Positions 29,007 through 39,525 of a DNA stretch of 64,000 nt are shown here, piece by piece. Below the pieces are notes generated by a model. It saw only the letters and a list, made by a program, of their open reading frames with translations. It was not told where the DNA came from and did not search any database. The stretch spans positions 3,264,001 to 3,328,000 of the forward strand of contig OZ244922.1 in the NCBI GenBank assembly GCA_965221905.1, written 5' to 3'. Position 1 is the first letter of the stretch. Every line of letters begins with the position of its first letter. The position numbers were made by a program, and so were the translations under genes. The stretch comes from Chloroflexota bacterium. GTDB taxonomy: Bacteria; Chloroflexota; UBA11872; VXOZ01.

Positions 29007-30368
29007 TCACGCGTGCAAATTGGAAATTGGCAAGCGTGAAGCCGCCGTAACGCCAGCCGCGCCGCGATCCAGAGCGCTCACCTGCACCCACAGTTCGTCA
29101 GGTAGACCGTCGCCATCCATTTCCACAGGGATGCGCACGCGCTCGAGCCCCGGTACGGGTGCAATTGCATGCCCCAGTTGGATGCGAAGCAGGATATTGG
29201 GCTCTTCCATGGTAGCCGCAGGATCGGCCGGCGTGAGGGGATCTCCGGTATAGAGGACTGCCAGCGCCCGCTTGATATCGAACACGCCGCCATTCTCCAC
29301 GGCCACGTCCACTATGAGCCGTCCGGCGTCGCGGCGGAGTGTGCATCTTTCCGCCTGGACCTGCAACCTACGGCAGAACTGCTCAGGCCGCAAGGACACT
29401 CCCGCGTGGGCGTCCACAATCCCGTGACCCAGCCAGGGATCCCAGCCCCCGCCCCGTGCCGTGTTACGCAGAATCTGGCGGATTTCCTCGTTAGAAAACT
29501 GTGGATACTGAGAGAAGAGAAGCGCGGCGACGCCCGCGCCGAAGCCATTCGCCATGCACCCTCCGTGAAACGATACGTACTCGCCGTTGCCGCCCGTGCC
29601 CCAGATGGTGTCGCGGGGGTCATCCGTGCCCTCGCCGCAGGGAGCGGCGAATTCCGTATACGCGGTAGCGGGCGCGATGCTGGCTGCTGCCCCGTGCCGG
29701 TTGGTCGAACCCACCGGAATAGAACTGTCTACGGCAGAAATGGGCGATACCATGCGGCGGCCGCGATTGTCGCCAGCACCGCGAAATACCAAACAACCGG
29801 CGTCGTATGCCCTGTCGAAGGCGTCGATGAGCGCGGGATTCTCGGTGGGATACGTGAAATCAGTGCCCTGGTGGAAGAGCGATTCGCCGGTCTCCTTATT
29901 CTTGGCAATGTAACAGTGGGAGAGTACAATAATCCGCGCGCCGTGGGCAACCGCATAGTCAATTGCACGCACCCAGCCGCCCTGATTAGTGCGATTATAG
30001 GCGGCCCGCAGCGTCATGATGCGACAGTCGGGCGCAACCGCGGCAATCTCTCCCACGAGAAACGACCCGTGATCGCGGAAGTAGTGTTTCGTGGCATCGT
30101 ATGGCGGGCCTTCGTACTCCAACGTGGCGTCCTCCTGGTCGAAGTCCCAGCCGTGCACGTCGCCGCGCAGCGGACGGGGATTGACCCAGAGGTGCCCCGC
30201 GTGATCGGGATGATAGTGGTAGGCAATGTCGATGACGGCAACGATCACGTCCTGGCTGCCGCGCGTGACGGCATGCGCTTCCGGCGCCCGCATCTGCTCG
30301 AGCGCCCAGTCATACGGCGCGCTCACACCCTGAGGTAGTCCGTTCTTGCTCAATAGCGTAACTGCCAT
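29007..30368 (-). CDS. S8 subtilase-fold protein with Cys in place of the catalytic Ser
   Basis: VAVID, DHGS, FAAP, GGCMANGFGAGVAALL, GHGIVDA. Confidence 0.75.
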   Translation of the reverse strand: MAVTLLSKNGLPQGVSAPYDWALEQMRAPEAHAVTRGSQDVIVAVIDIAYHYHPDHAGHLWVNPRPLRGDVHGWDFDQEDATLEYEGPPYDATKHYFRDHGSFLVGEIAAVAPDCRIMTLRAAYNRTNQGGWVRAIDYAVAHGARIIVLSHCYIAKNKETGESLFHQGTDFTYPTENPALIDAFDRAYDAGCLVFRGAGDNRGRRMVSPISAVDSSIPVGSTNRHGAAASIAPATAYTEFAAPCGEGTDDPRDTIWGTGGNGEYVSFHGGCMANGFGAGVAALLFSQYPQFSNEEIRQILRNTARGGGWDPWLGHGIVDAHAGVSLRPEQFCRRLQVQAERCTLRRDAGRLIVDVAVENGGVFDIKRALAVLYTGDPLTPADPAATMEEPNILLRIQLGHAIAPVPGLERVRIPVEMDGDGLPDELWVQVSALDRGAAGVTAASRLPISNLHA

Positions 30369-30643
30369 AAGCTTCTCCCCTTGTCTCGAAATAGTGCCCG
30401 GCTAGTTAGAAAGAGTGTGCAAGTAATCGGCAGCCAACCCATCCGTTCATACTTCGACAAGCTCAGCACGAACGGATACTGGCATTCCAACGCCGAATAA
30501 GAAGCCAAACTGTACTTTACAGGCTGACACGGCGCTCTTGGCGTGTATCCAGTTCAGAGCCAAGAGCGCCGCATGCAACGCCCCACTGACAGAGTTGTCA
30601 AAACCGTGATGGGCCAGCGGCCCGGGTCGGCCAAAGCCTTCTG

Positions 30644-32073
30644 CTACTTATCCGCGTAGTACTCGTTAAGAAGCGCCTGCACTTCTTTGCTGGCGTCGCG
30701 CATGGCTTCCTCGACCGTTGCCTCTTGATTCCAGGCGCGCGCCCGATGCGCACCGAATGCGCGAATGTACGGCAGCCACACAGCGTTGATCTGGAACGTA
30801 AAGAAGGCGCCGGTGCGCAGGGGTTCCAGATATGCATCCAGCTCGCGCGGCGGCCGGGACTTCTCGGTCTGCAGCCGGGAATTGTCCCACACGGTCCGCT
30901 TGACCGACAAGCCATAGTTGTTGATGGTGTACTGGCCTAACTGCGACTCGTCGTCTGTGACGTAGAACTTCATCAGTTCCCAACCTTCGTCGGGCACCTT
31001 AGTCTGGGACCACAGATAGAAGCAAGCACCGACCGCCGGCACCTTGTCGACCTTGCCTTTCACCATGGGAACCGCATGTATGGGCATTTCCTCAACCTGA
31101 GGCGAACCCCAAGCGGATTCCTGACCGAGCAGGAGGTTCATCATCGCGGTGCGCTGGTAGGCAAAGGGCGCATGATACGCCTTACCCGGCTCAACATTCT
31201 CAGTGATGGCCGCAACGTCGTCTGCGGTGGGTGAGACGCGCCACTTGAACTCCAAGTTCCAAAGGAACTGGATGACCTCGATGAATTCGGGCTCGTGCAT
31301 CGTGGATTTGGTATGGTCCTCGGAAAGGAACGTCGCCCCGTTCTGGCCCAGGAAGCCCAAGACGTCTGCGGTGACCTGCTTGTTGTTGAAGAAACCCCAA
31401 ATCTGGTCTGTTTCCACGCTCGACCGTTGGGTAATCTCGCGAGCCACATCAACGAACTCACCGCCGTCGTCCGGGTTCCAGGTGAGTGAGCCTCCGGGCG
31501 GATTCAAGCCGTACTTGTCGAAGATGGACTTGTTGTAAGCCGTGGCCGTAGTAATCTGGTTGATCTGAGTCACCCAGTAGGTACCGTCAGGGTCTTGACC
31601 CCAATCCTGCGCAATGACGTCCTCGAAGTCGGCGGCATCGCGCTTGTAATAGTTGGTGAGTTCGAAGCAGTGCCCGGCGTCGCGGCGTTGCGGATAGAGC
31701 ACGATGCCATGGTGGAAGACGTCCGGAGCAGCGCCGGCCGCAAGTTGTGTGTTGACCTTATCCGACACTTCACGATATATCGGGGCCGACCAATCGACCG
31801 TGATGCTGGGGTTCTGCTCCTGGAAGCGGTCAACCACCGTTTTGCCCCAGAACGGCTCCACGGCCGTTTGGTCGTTTGATATGAACAGGGCGGTGACGGT
31901 CTTGGCTTCCATGGGCTTGGCCGCCTCTTCAGCGGCCTTGGGCGCGTCCTCCTTGGCAGCAGGCTCCATCGTGGGCGCTGCCACCTGACCGCACGCCGCA
32001 GCGAGCCACACCGAACCAGCGCTTGCGGCTGCCGATCCCAAAGCAGGGAGCGACGCGATAGTGTCTTTGCCAT
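30644..32073 (-). pseudogene. ABC solute-binding lipoprotein with a frameshift in the signal peptide (real or sequencing error)
   Basis: RBS GGAGG plus MAKTLSRRSLL is out of frame with LGSAAASAGSVWLAAACG and the rest of the SBP. Confidence 0.75.
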
Positions 32074-32505
32074 AGCTAAGCCTCCATAAGTTCCGCACTT
32101 CGTATGCTCTGACTATTGAGACGACGCTATCTAACTCTCACTCGAGACTGGCTGGCGAATCCTCCCTTCCGTCAAGCGGGGTAGGCATCTACACTTAGGA
32201 GGAACATACATCACGTCTCTACAAAAGTCAACCCCCCCCCCCGAACGTTTGGAGCCCTCTTGACCTAACGGCGACGCGTAAGAAACTAGACCCAATTTCC
32301 TCTTCGGCACGTTCGGGGTAGGCTCTTTCGAAGAAAACACAGAGCGAAGCGAGCCGAATATCGGCTATGCCACCACCAAGGCTGTTCACCCTTCGACAAG
32401 CTCAGGACAGGCACGTTTAGGGCGTACGTTTGCGCTCCGCATAGGTAGCGATATCGTAGGTTTGCGCTTCGACAGGCTCAGCGCGAACGGACATAGGCCG
32501 AAGAG

Positions 32506-32654
32506 GAGACCTTTGCGTAACTTGAGCCGGCGGGTTTGGTCGTAATGACGAGGTTTCCCCCCTCACCCCCGTATCAAGTACGGGGCAGGCTCTAGCCCTC
32601 TCCCTCAATGGCGAGGGGATTCTGAACCTCCGGGCCCGGTTATGCAATGGTCTT
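32506..32654. mobile_element. IS5-like MITE (149 bp) carrying REP palindromes
   Basis: TIRs GAGACCTTTGCGTAAC and reverse complement AAGACCATTGCATAAC. Confidence 0.55.
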
Positions 32655-32676
32655 CAAAAGGGAGAAAACCCAAGTC

Positions 32677-33807
32677 TTAGCCCGCGGCGGCGCCGACAGG
32701 CTGCAGGACCTCCTGCAAACGGGTAATCACCGTCGGCACGTCTTCGGGTCGCAGCGTAATCGGATCGATGAAGAGAAATCCCTCCTCGGCGTAGTGGTCG
32801 CGTGTGTAGATAGGCGGGCTGCCGTCTATGAGCGCCTCGCACACGGCCACGGCATCCATGCCCGCGACTACCGGATCAACCACGATCTTGGTGCGGGTCT
32901 GCGGATTGCCGGTGACGTCCCGCTCGGCAAAGACGTTGACGCCGGGAATGCCTTGCAGCGCCGCCACCATCACGTCCACCTTGGCGTTTTGCCCGGATTC
33001 CCACGCGGCGTAGTCGAGGTCCGCGAGCCACTCCATGCGCTCGATGACGCTCACCACGCCTTCCTTAGAGGGTTTCATAGCGCGCCCGATGCCGGTGCCT
33101 TGCAAGGCCGCGGCGGCGACCAGGTCGCGCTTTCCGGCGATCACGCCTGACGTGAAGCCGCAGAGGTGCTTGTGGCCGCTGAAGCAGACGGCGTCCGCGC
33201 CCTCCGCCAGCAGGCGGTGAGCAAAGAATGCCCCGGCAGCGGCGTCAACAATCACCGGAATATTGTGGCGGTGGGCAATCTCGGCAAATGCCGGCAGCGA
33301 GAGTTGCCCGCTGGTGGCGGTCATGTGGGAGATTACGTACAGCGCCGCCGCGGTCTCTTCTGTGATCGCATACTCCATTTGTTCGGGCAGCGCGCGGTTG
33401 GCCTCGCCAAATTCCACGGCGCGAGCCCCGCTGAGGCGGATCATCTGCGTCACCGGCGCGCCAAACCCCACCGTGTGCCGCTTCTGAATGATCACTTCGT
33501 TCTTCATGCGGCTGGTATCGGGCAGGGCCAGCACTTTACCGAGATGCGTGCCGGTCATGGCCCCTGCGCACAGCACCGCGATCGCCGAAGCCGCGCAATG
33601 GGTCACCGTGCCGGCCTCCGCGCCGGTAGCATGCGCGATTGCCGCGTCGGCGGCCGCCAGCAACTCCGTCATGCGCGCAAACTCCGGCGCCGCCTCAACA
33701 ACCCGTTCAACCACTTCCGGGGGTATCGAAGATGCGCCGAGCGTCGTCTGTGTCCCTGCGGTGTTGATGATTGGCGTCAAACCATATCGCTCGTGATATC
33801 TGGACAT
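32677..33807 (-). CDS. SelA-like PLP enzyme (DgaE-like ammonia-lyase family)
   Basis: IINTAGTQT.LG.S, VIVDAA, FSGHKHL (PLP lysine), GIGRAMK. Confidence 0.8.
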   Translation of the reverse strand: MSRYHERYGLTPIINTAGTQTTLGASSIPPEVVERVVEAAPEFARMTELLAAADAAIAHATGAEAGTVTHCAASAIAVLCAGAMTGTHLGKVLALPDTSRMKNEVIIQKRHTVGFGAPVTQMIRLSGARAVEFGEANRALPEQMEYAITEETAAALYVISHMTATSGQLSLPAFAEIAHRHNIPVIVDAAAGAFFAHRLLAEGADAVCFSGHKHLCGFTSGVIAGKRDLVAAAALQGTGIGRAMKPSKEGVVSVIERMEWLADLDYAAWESGQNAKVDVMVAALQGIPGVNVFAERDVTGNPQTRTKIVVDPVVAGMDAVAVCEALIDGSPPIYTRDHYAEEGFLFIDPITLRPEDVPTVITRLQEVLQPVGAAAG

Positions 33808-33880
33808 AAGGGGCAATCTCCTCTCACTTGGCACCCAAACTGTTATAGGTTCTTCAATGTACTTCGGTTTCCTAAAGTGC

Positions 33881-33908
33881 GTAGGGGCACGGCATGCCGT
33901 GCCCCTAC
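33881..33908. repeat. REP palindrome family B, GTAGGGGCACGGCATGCCGTGCCCCTAC
   Basis: Perfect 28-bp palindrome; variants at 39625-39652, 45593-45620 and 61136-61163. Confidence 0.8.
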
Positions 33909-34070
33909 ATTGGATAGCGCTTTTTGCGGTAAGTTACCGCTAGGGCTCGCACCTAAACACTATCTGCGACCGCAATTCATCAACGAAGAGATTCACTCTT
34001 GCCAAGTGCTAATCCCTCGTCCATACATCCGCAAGATGTCGCGTAAGGCGCATTTGCTATGCCGTCAACC

Positions 34071-35498
34071 CTAACCCTTGTATTTTTCCTCCGTATCATC
34101 GAGGATGGCCTGAATTTGCGGCTTCAGCGCCAGCAGGCCTTCATCCACGCCAGCGGTACCGGCGTAGACCGCCTTGAGCCAGTCCTTCACCTCGGCAGAA
34201 CCACTGAAAGCGAAATTGGGAACAACCCAGCCTGGGTCGTAGCCGCCGGGGTAATCGAGAACGTCGATTATTACGTTCAGCCGGACCTTGTCCTTCAGGT
34301 CGGGGAAGGTCTCGTTGGCCCAGGTCTCCATCAGGTCGGCGCGCGGCGGAATCGTGCCCTTACCCGAAGCCCAGTTTAGGGTGCTGCCTTGCCACGCCAC
34401 ATACTGCCAGGCTTCCTCGGGGTGCTTCGCATTCGTCACGACCCCGTTGGCATCCGTCCATTGGAATGAGGCCACGTTCTTCACAGTCGGCAAGGGCGCG
34501 AAATCGATTGGCAAGTCTTCGTCGCGAATACGCTGCATCATATCGCCAAACGTGCCGCTGGAAAGCGTATTCAAGAAAGCCAGCTTGCCCTGATAGAAGA
34601 GTTTGACGATGCTGCCCTCGCCGAACAGGTCCGCTCCCTGGCCGGGTTTGAGCATGGCGCCATGCTCGTGCACCATCGAGAAATATGCCTTGTAGCACGC
34701 CATCGTCTCCGGGCTATCGCAGACGGCACTCCGGCGGTCATCGGAAACCCACTGGCCGCCCCAGAGGAAAGGAAGATTGCCCACGAGCGCGCCGGTACCC
34801 ATGTTGGAAGCGCCGACAGTCGCAACAGTACCGCCCTCGGTAACGGTGGTCTTCTTTGCCATGTCAATATAGGCATCCCAGTTCCACTCCGGGTCGCCCC
34901 ACGTGGCGGACGGCTCATTGAGACCGGCCTTCTCCAGGATTTCCCGGTTATACGGCAACGCCATCATGTTGCCGCCGGTCTGGTTGGGCAGACTGTTGAT
35001 CTCGTTGCGGATGCGACTAATCGAGTTGAAGATGTTTTGCGGATAGTGGCTCAGATCGAAGTTGTCGCGCTTGATATAATCGGCGAGATCGACAAAGTAA
35101 CCGAGCAGATAGGTAGCGTTATCCGCTTCCCAGGCAGCATCGGGTTGCTCTCCGGCCGCAAATGCCGTCCGGAATGATTCCTGGTAGGCGTGCATGTTGT
35201 GGATGACTTCCACCGTAACGCCGGGGTGCGACTCTTCGAACGGCGCTACGAGGGTGTCTGGGTAGTTCTCTAGCTGACGGGCATTGAGCCATGTGCCGTA
35301 GCGGATGTGTACCGGCTCCTTCTCGGGAGCGGGCTCTTCCGCTTTCGGCTTGGCTTCCTCTTTCATTTCCTCTTTGGCAGCTTCGGGCGCCGCCATAGGC
35401 GCCTGCCCACAGGCGGCAAGGAGCACGCCAACGCCGGTAAAACCAGCGCCGACCAGTATGCCACGTCGGGTAAAATGCAACTTATCACGCTCAGACAT
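34071..35498 (-). CDS. Orphan ABC extracellular solute-binding lipoprotein
   Basis: TRRGIL and AACG; FEESHPGV, YNREILEKAG, WNWD. Confidence 0.9.
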   Translation of the reverse strand: MSERDKLHFTRRGILVGAGFTGVGVLLAACGQAPMAAPEAAKEEMKEEAKPKAEEPAPEKEPVHIRYGTWLNARQLENYPDTLVAPFEESHPGVTVEVIHNMHAYQESFRTAFAAGEQPDAAWEADNATYLLGYFVDLADYIKRDNFDLSHYPQNIFNSISRIRNEINSLPNQTGGNMMALPYNREILEKAGLNEPSATWGDPEWNWDAYIDMAKKTTVTEGGTVATVGASNMGTGALVGNLPFLWGGQWVSDDRRSAVCDSPETMACYKAYFSMVHEHGAMLKPGQGADLFGEGSIVKLFYQGKLAFLNTLSSGTFGDMMQRIRDEDLPIDFAPLPTVKNVASFQWTDANGVVTNAKHPEEAWQYVAWQGSTLNWASGKGTIPPRADLMETWANETFPDLKDKVRLNVIIDVLDYPGGYDPGWVVPNFAFSGSAEVKDWLKAVYAGTAGVDEGLLALKPQIQAILDDTEEKYKG

Positions 35499-35951
35499 TC
35501 CTCTGCCTCCTGTAACTATTGTCGATACAACACCTGATATCTCTACACTGTCGCGGCCAAAGCTCCGCCGGCGAACGCCGATGGGTACACACTTCGCGTC
35601 AGGCCGCACCGTTCAGTGCACGCTGCTTATACTCTAAGCCCTATCGCAAAGTGCAGTCAAGATTATCAGCAGGAAAGATACTGCCGTGGAATGGTGCAAG
35701 CCGTTGCTGCACCTGCGGCACACTCGACGCGGGACTTGCCGCATCACCAGATACACACCGAGCGATCTGCAAGGGTGTTCGGGGGAATCGCCGGGGTTGC
35801 GCTTATCGAGAGAAGACGATTGCGGGACCGTAATCGCCGCTGAATTAGGTACTCTTCGGGTACCTCTACACACGCAGACACGCCTGGGCAAAGTGCGCCC
35901 AAGCGTGCTTCACATGTAACGTGGAAAATACCGAGGTGTCGTTCGCGAGGT

Positions 35952-36245
35952 TCAGCCGCCTAGCGGCAGCAGTTCAGCAAGGCTAGTCAGCGCAACGACG
36001 GCAGCGCCGACTGAAAGGATCCACCACTTTATGCCGCGAATCTCGCCGCGAAGCGCATCAATCTCACCACGCAATCCACCAATGTCGCCGTGCGCTCCAG
36101 CAATGTCACCATGCAGTCCGCCAATGTCGGACTGCAATTCAGCTTTCAACTGGGCAAGATCAGCCTTCGTCGCCAAATGTTCGTAGCCGCCTTCAATCCG
36201 GCTTACCCGTTCGCCGAGTGAAGTCGTTTGCTCTGCCGTCGCCAC
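35952..36245 (-). CDS. Small coiled-coil protein with C-terminal TM (DUF1640/CCDC90-like), long copy
   Basis: LATKADL motif, heptad repeats, IKWWILSVG TM segment; RBS AGGAGA. Confidence 0.7.
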   Translation of the reverse strand: MATAEQTTSLGERVSRIEGGYEHLATKADLAQLKAELQSDIGGLHGDIAGAHGDIGGLRGEIDALRGEIRGIKWWILSVGAAVVALTSLAELLPLGG

Positions 36246-36319
36246 CGTGCGATCTCCTGAATGCAGGCCCTTCATGTCCCCATTGGCCACATTCGCGTTT
36301 TCTCAAATATTTCGGGGAT

Positions 36320-36550
36320 TCAGCCGCCAAGCGGGAGCAGTTCAGCGAGGCTAGATAACGCAACGACAGCGGCGCCGACTGAAAGGATCCACCACTTTAT
36401 GCCGCGGATTTCACCGTCCTGCCTAGCAATGTCAGCCTTCAATTCGGCTTTCATCTGCGCAAGGTCGGCCTTCGTCGCCAAGTGTTCATAGCCGCCTTCA
36501 ATCCGGCTTACCCGTTCACCGAGTGAAGTTGTTTGCTCCGCCGTCGCCAC
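36320..36550 (-). CDS. Small coiled-coil protein with C-terminal TM, short copy
   Basis: Near-identical N- and C-termini to 35952-36245. Confidence 0.7.
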   Translation of the reverse strand: MATAEQTTSLGERVSRIEGGYEHLATKADLAQMKAELKADIARQDGEIRGIKWWILSVGAAVVALSSLAELLPLGG

Positions 36551-36715
36551 GTGCGATCTCCTTCTATGCACGATCCCAACATTCTTTATACTACATTTGT
36601 GCCATATGCACAAGTATTAAACATTTCTATAGCGCGAAGGAGTCTTGTGCTTTAGAAAGCTCTTCGTCCTAGTGTTGTGATTTAATTCCAGCGTGACACA
36701 AATTAGCGCTACTGG

Positions 36716-37687
36716 CTAGCTCACCTGGTAGCCGCGGTTGACATCCGGCAATCCGACCGGTTTGCCCAGCGCTTCCGCCATGGCGCGCACGTGGTAGGGG
36801 AGCGCGCCGCAACACGCGCCGATGAATTCAATGCCGATGCCCTCCGCTTCCTTGGCATACTCCGCCATGACAAAGCGGGTAACTACACGCGGCTCGACGC
36901 GCGGGTAGAGACCGGCGCGGCTAATGGCTTGGTTGAAGACCTCGCCCGGCTCCAGTTGGTACGCCGTCGGCTGGACGCACACAGGTACCGAGACCGCATC
37001 CCGAATGCGCCGCGCCATGTCGTTCATGGTCTGCCAGGGGCGCATACAGTTCAGCCCCACCACATCTGCTCCGTTGTCCACCAGGCGTTGCGCCGCCTCC
37101 ACCGGATCGTAACCGTCGCGCGTAAACTCGCTGTCGCGGAAGGTGAGCGTAACCACGGCAGGGACGCCCGCCTCCTTGACGAAGGGGATGACCAAGCTCG
37201 CCTCTTCTACCGAGTAGAAGGTCTCAATGATAAATACGTCCACACCGGGCTCCATCTGCTCTGCAACTCGCCGCGCAAAGAACTCCTGTGCCCGCTTGCG
37301 GTCGTCTGCGTCTAACCGCTCCCACTTGGATGAACCCGAATAGATGAACTGGCTAACGGTGCCGGCCACGTAGCGGTCCGGCCCGGCGGCCTCGCGGGCC
37401 AGCTCCACCGCTACTCTATGCAACTCCTCCTCGCGCCCAAAGGGTCGCACACCCCAGGACATGGCCTGCAAGAGCTCCGCGCCCGCGCGGGCGAACTCAT
37501 GGTGCATTTCCAACACGGCTTCAGGGTAGTCCAGCACGGCCATAGGGATGTGCGAGGCATAGCTGCCCACTACCCGGCGTTCCAGTTCAAGGTAATACGC
37601 GCCGTCGCCAAGCAGCGGCCCTTGCGCGAGACGCTCGAGAAAATCCGCTTTCACCAGCTTACTCCTCGTGGTTACAATTGCTTGCAT
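36716..37687 (-). CDS. Homocysteine S-methyltransferase (BHMT-like) family
   Basis: LGDGA, HHEFARAGA, IIETF, GLNC and GACCG zinc ligands. Confidence 0.85.
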   Translation of the reverse strand: MQAIVTTRSKLVKADFLERLAQGPLLGDGAYYLELERRVVGSYASHIPMAVLDYPEAVLEMHHEFARAGAELLQAMSWGVRPFGREEELHRVAVELAREAAGPDRYVAGTVSQFIYSGSSKWERLDADDRKRAQEFFARRVAEQMEPGVDVFIIETFYSVEEASLVIPFVKEAGVPAVVTLTFRDSEFTRDGYDPVEAAQRLVDNGADVVGLNCMRPWQTMNDMARRIRDAVSVPVCVQPTAYQLEPGEVFNQAISRAGLYPRVEPRVVTRFVMAEYAKEAEGIGIEFIGACCGALPYHVRAMAEALGKPVGLPDVNRGYQVS

Positions 37688-37891
37688 GCCTATCATACTG
37701 GAATAATGGCAGAGTACCTATTCTGATTCTGCAGCGAAACCGCAGTCTTGCCCCGCCACAGCCCCGCCGACCGGCCCTTCAATGGTCGCCGCAGTAAACG
37801 GAGGAAATAGCTGATAGCACGTGTGCCGGAAGGTGCCCGACCACCCAACTATTGAGGAGAGTAGACAAACATGCTAGAATGACCTCGTAAG

Positions 37892-37968
37892 CGGGGCGTG
37901 GCTCAGCCTGGTAGAGCGCAGCGTTCGGGACGCTGAGGCCGGCGGTTCAAATCCGCCCGCCCCGACCA
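37892..37968 (+). tRNA. tRNA-Pro(CGG)
   Basis: Cloverleaf: acceptor CGGGGCG/CGCCCCG, anticodon arm CAGCG-TTCGGGA-CGCTG, GGTTCAAATCC T-loop, encoded CCA. Confidence 0.97.
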
Positions 37969-38120
37969 AGCAGTGAGACAAAGGCATCGTTTTGCCGTGT
38001 CGTCTACCATTGCTTACCCCTACCGTCCGCATAGCGGTCATGTAATATGCGCTCGCAGTTGCGCGCGCTCAGCGAGTGACAGTGTAGCCGTTGCCGCTAA
38101 TCAGCAACGGGAGGTTTGGA

Positions 38121-38432
38121 ATGCAGCAGCAACCGCAACAACCTGCAGTAGATAAACTCGTCATTGCCGTGGTGCGCAACGATGACGCCAACACTATCGT
38201 GGACGAACTCGTGAAGCGGCGCATCGGCAATACGCGCATCAATACGGCCGGAGGCGTCCTGCGCCGGGGCAACGTGACCCTGCTCGTCGGAGTGCCGGCC
38301 AGCCAGGTCGATGAGACGCTTGACGTGATTCGCGAGAACGTGAGCGGCCAACCCCTCACCGGCCGCGGCCAAACCGACAACAATCGCGGCGTGGCCTTTG
38401 TCGTCGATGCCGGCCGCTATGTGCGGTTGTAA
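38121..38432 (+). CDS. Cyclic-di-AMP receptor (PII-like DarA/PstA family)
   Basis: KLVIAVV...DA, T.GG.LRRGN.TLLVGV, G.AFVVD. Confidence 0.8.
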   Translation: MQQQPQQPAVDKLVIAVVRNDDANTIVDELVKRRIGNTRINTAGGVLRRGNVTLLVGVPASQVDETLDVIRENVSGQPLTGRGQTDNNRGVAFVVDAGRYVRL

Positions 38433-38733
38433 GCGGGCGTGAAATAAGAGTATTCGTTCATCCCTCGGCCCTTTGCCAAGCTCAGGACAGGTTCAGGACG
38501 AACGGATGCTTTTTTCTTTAAGGATTCTTGCCAGCTAAACCCTTGCGGCTCGTTAGCGTGAGAGTTCCGTTAATCCGTTCAAGGTGAGCACTTCGACGAG
38601 CTCAGCACAGGCTTGTCGAACCATGAACGGAGATCGGCGAAGGCTATTCCGCACATTGGTTCAGTTGCGGACCCACTGGCCCGCCCCTCCGTTTAAGGTC
38701 GCCCCAAGACACGCCACCGGTGCCTAGAAATCC

Positions 38734-39525
38734 TCACACGCCTTTTGACGTCAGGAACTCCAAACTTGACCGCAGGCAGTCGAAGGCATCGCGCCGGCAA
38801 GTGTCTTGCTCTACGGCATACCACTCAACGCCCGCCTTATTTCCGGCCTCAATTATGCCGTCCCAGTCCAAATTGCCCTCACCTACCGGGCACATGACCG
38901 GTCCCTCGTCGGCGTCTACTTCCTTATCTTTCGCGTGAATTACGGGCACCCGGCCGGACGCCTGTGCAAGCAGCCGCGCTGGATTGGCTCCGGCGTGCGC
39001 GACCCAATAGACGTCAAATTCAAGCGTAAAGTCCGGCCCGCCTTCTTCAAGGAAGATGTCAATCAGAGTCTTCGGCCCGGGGGCAATGCGCTCAAATTCG
39101 TGGGAATGGTTATGGTAACCGAAGGTCAGGCCGCCGGCCTTGAGCTTCTGGATAACCGGCCGTGCCGCCTCGACAAAATCACGGTAGCCCTGCTCGCCCT
39201 GGCTGCGATAGGGTTGCGGAATGCCGCCGATCGCCACATAGTTGCAATCCAACACGCCGTGAAAGTCGATTTCGGCCTGGGTATTCTGCGCCAAGTCTTC
39301 CCAACTGCGATGCGTGGCAATACAGCGAATGCCAACGTCGTCCAGCATCTGTTTCGCCTCCTGCACAGTGATCTCCGGGTTTGCGCTTTCAAGAGCTCCT
39401 ACCGCGGAAAACTGGGCAGCCTCATAGCCCATCCGGCTGATCTTCTTTAGCGACTCCTCCAGACCTTGCCGGGTCTGCGTAAAGTCCCGCACGGTGTACA
39501 TCTGCGCCGCCACTTTGCTCGGCAT
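38734..39525 (-). CDS. Sugar phosphate isomerase/epimerase
   Basis: AAQMYTVRD, YHNHSHEF, EFDVYW, IHAKD, VEQD. Confidence 0.9.
   Translation of the reverse strand: MPSKVAAQMYTVRDFTQTRQGLEESLKKISRMGYEAAQFSAVGALESANPEITVQEAKQMLDDVGIRCIATHRSWEDLAQNTQAEIDFHGVLDCNYVAIGGIPQPYRSQGEQGYRDFVEAARPVIQKLKAGGLTFGYHNHSHEFERIAPGPKTLIDIFLEEGGPDFTLEFDVYWVAHAGANPARLLAQASGRVPVIHAKDKEVDADEGPVMCPVGEGNLDWDGIIEAGNKAGVEWYAVEQDTCRRDAFDCLRSSLEFLTSKGV

Noticed and set aside
37892-38432. tRNA-Pro as an integration site
   Set aside because: No integrase and no duplicated tRNA 3' end seen in the window.
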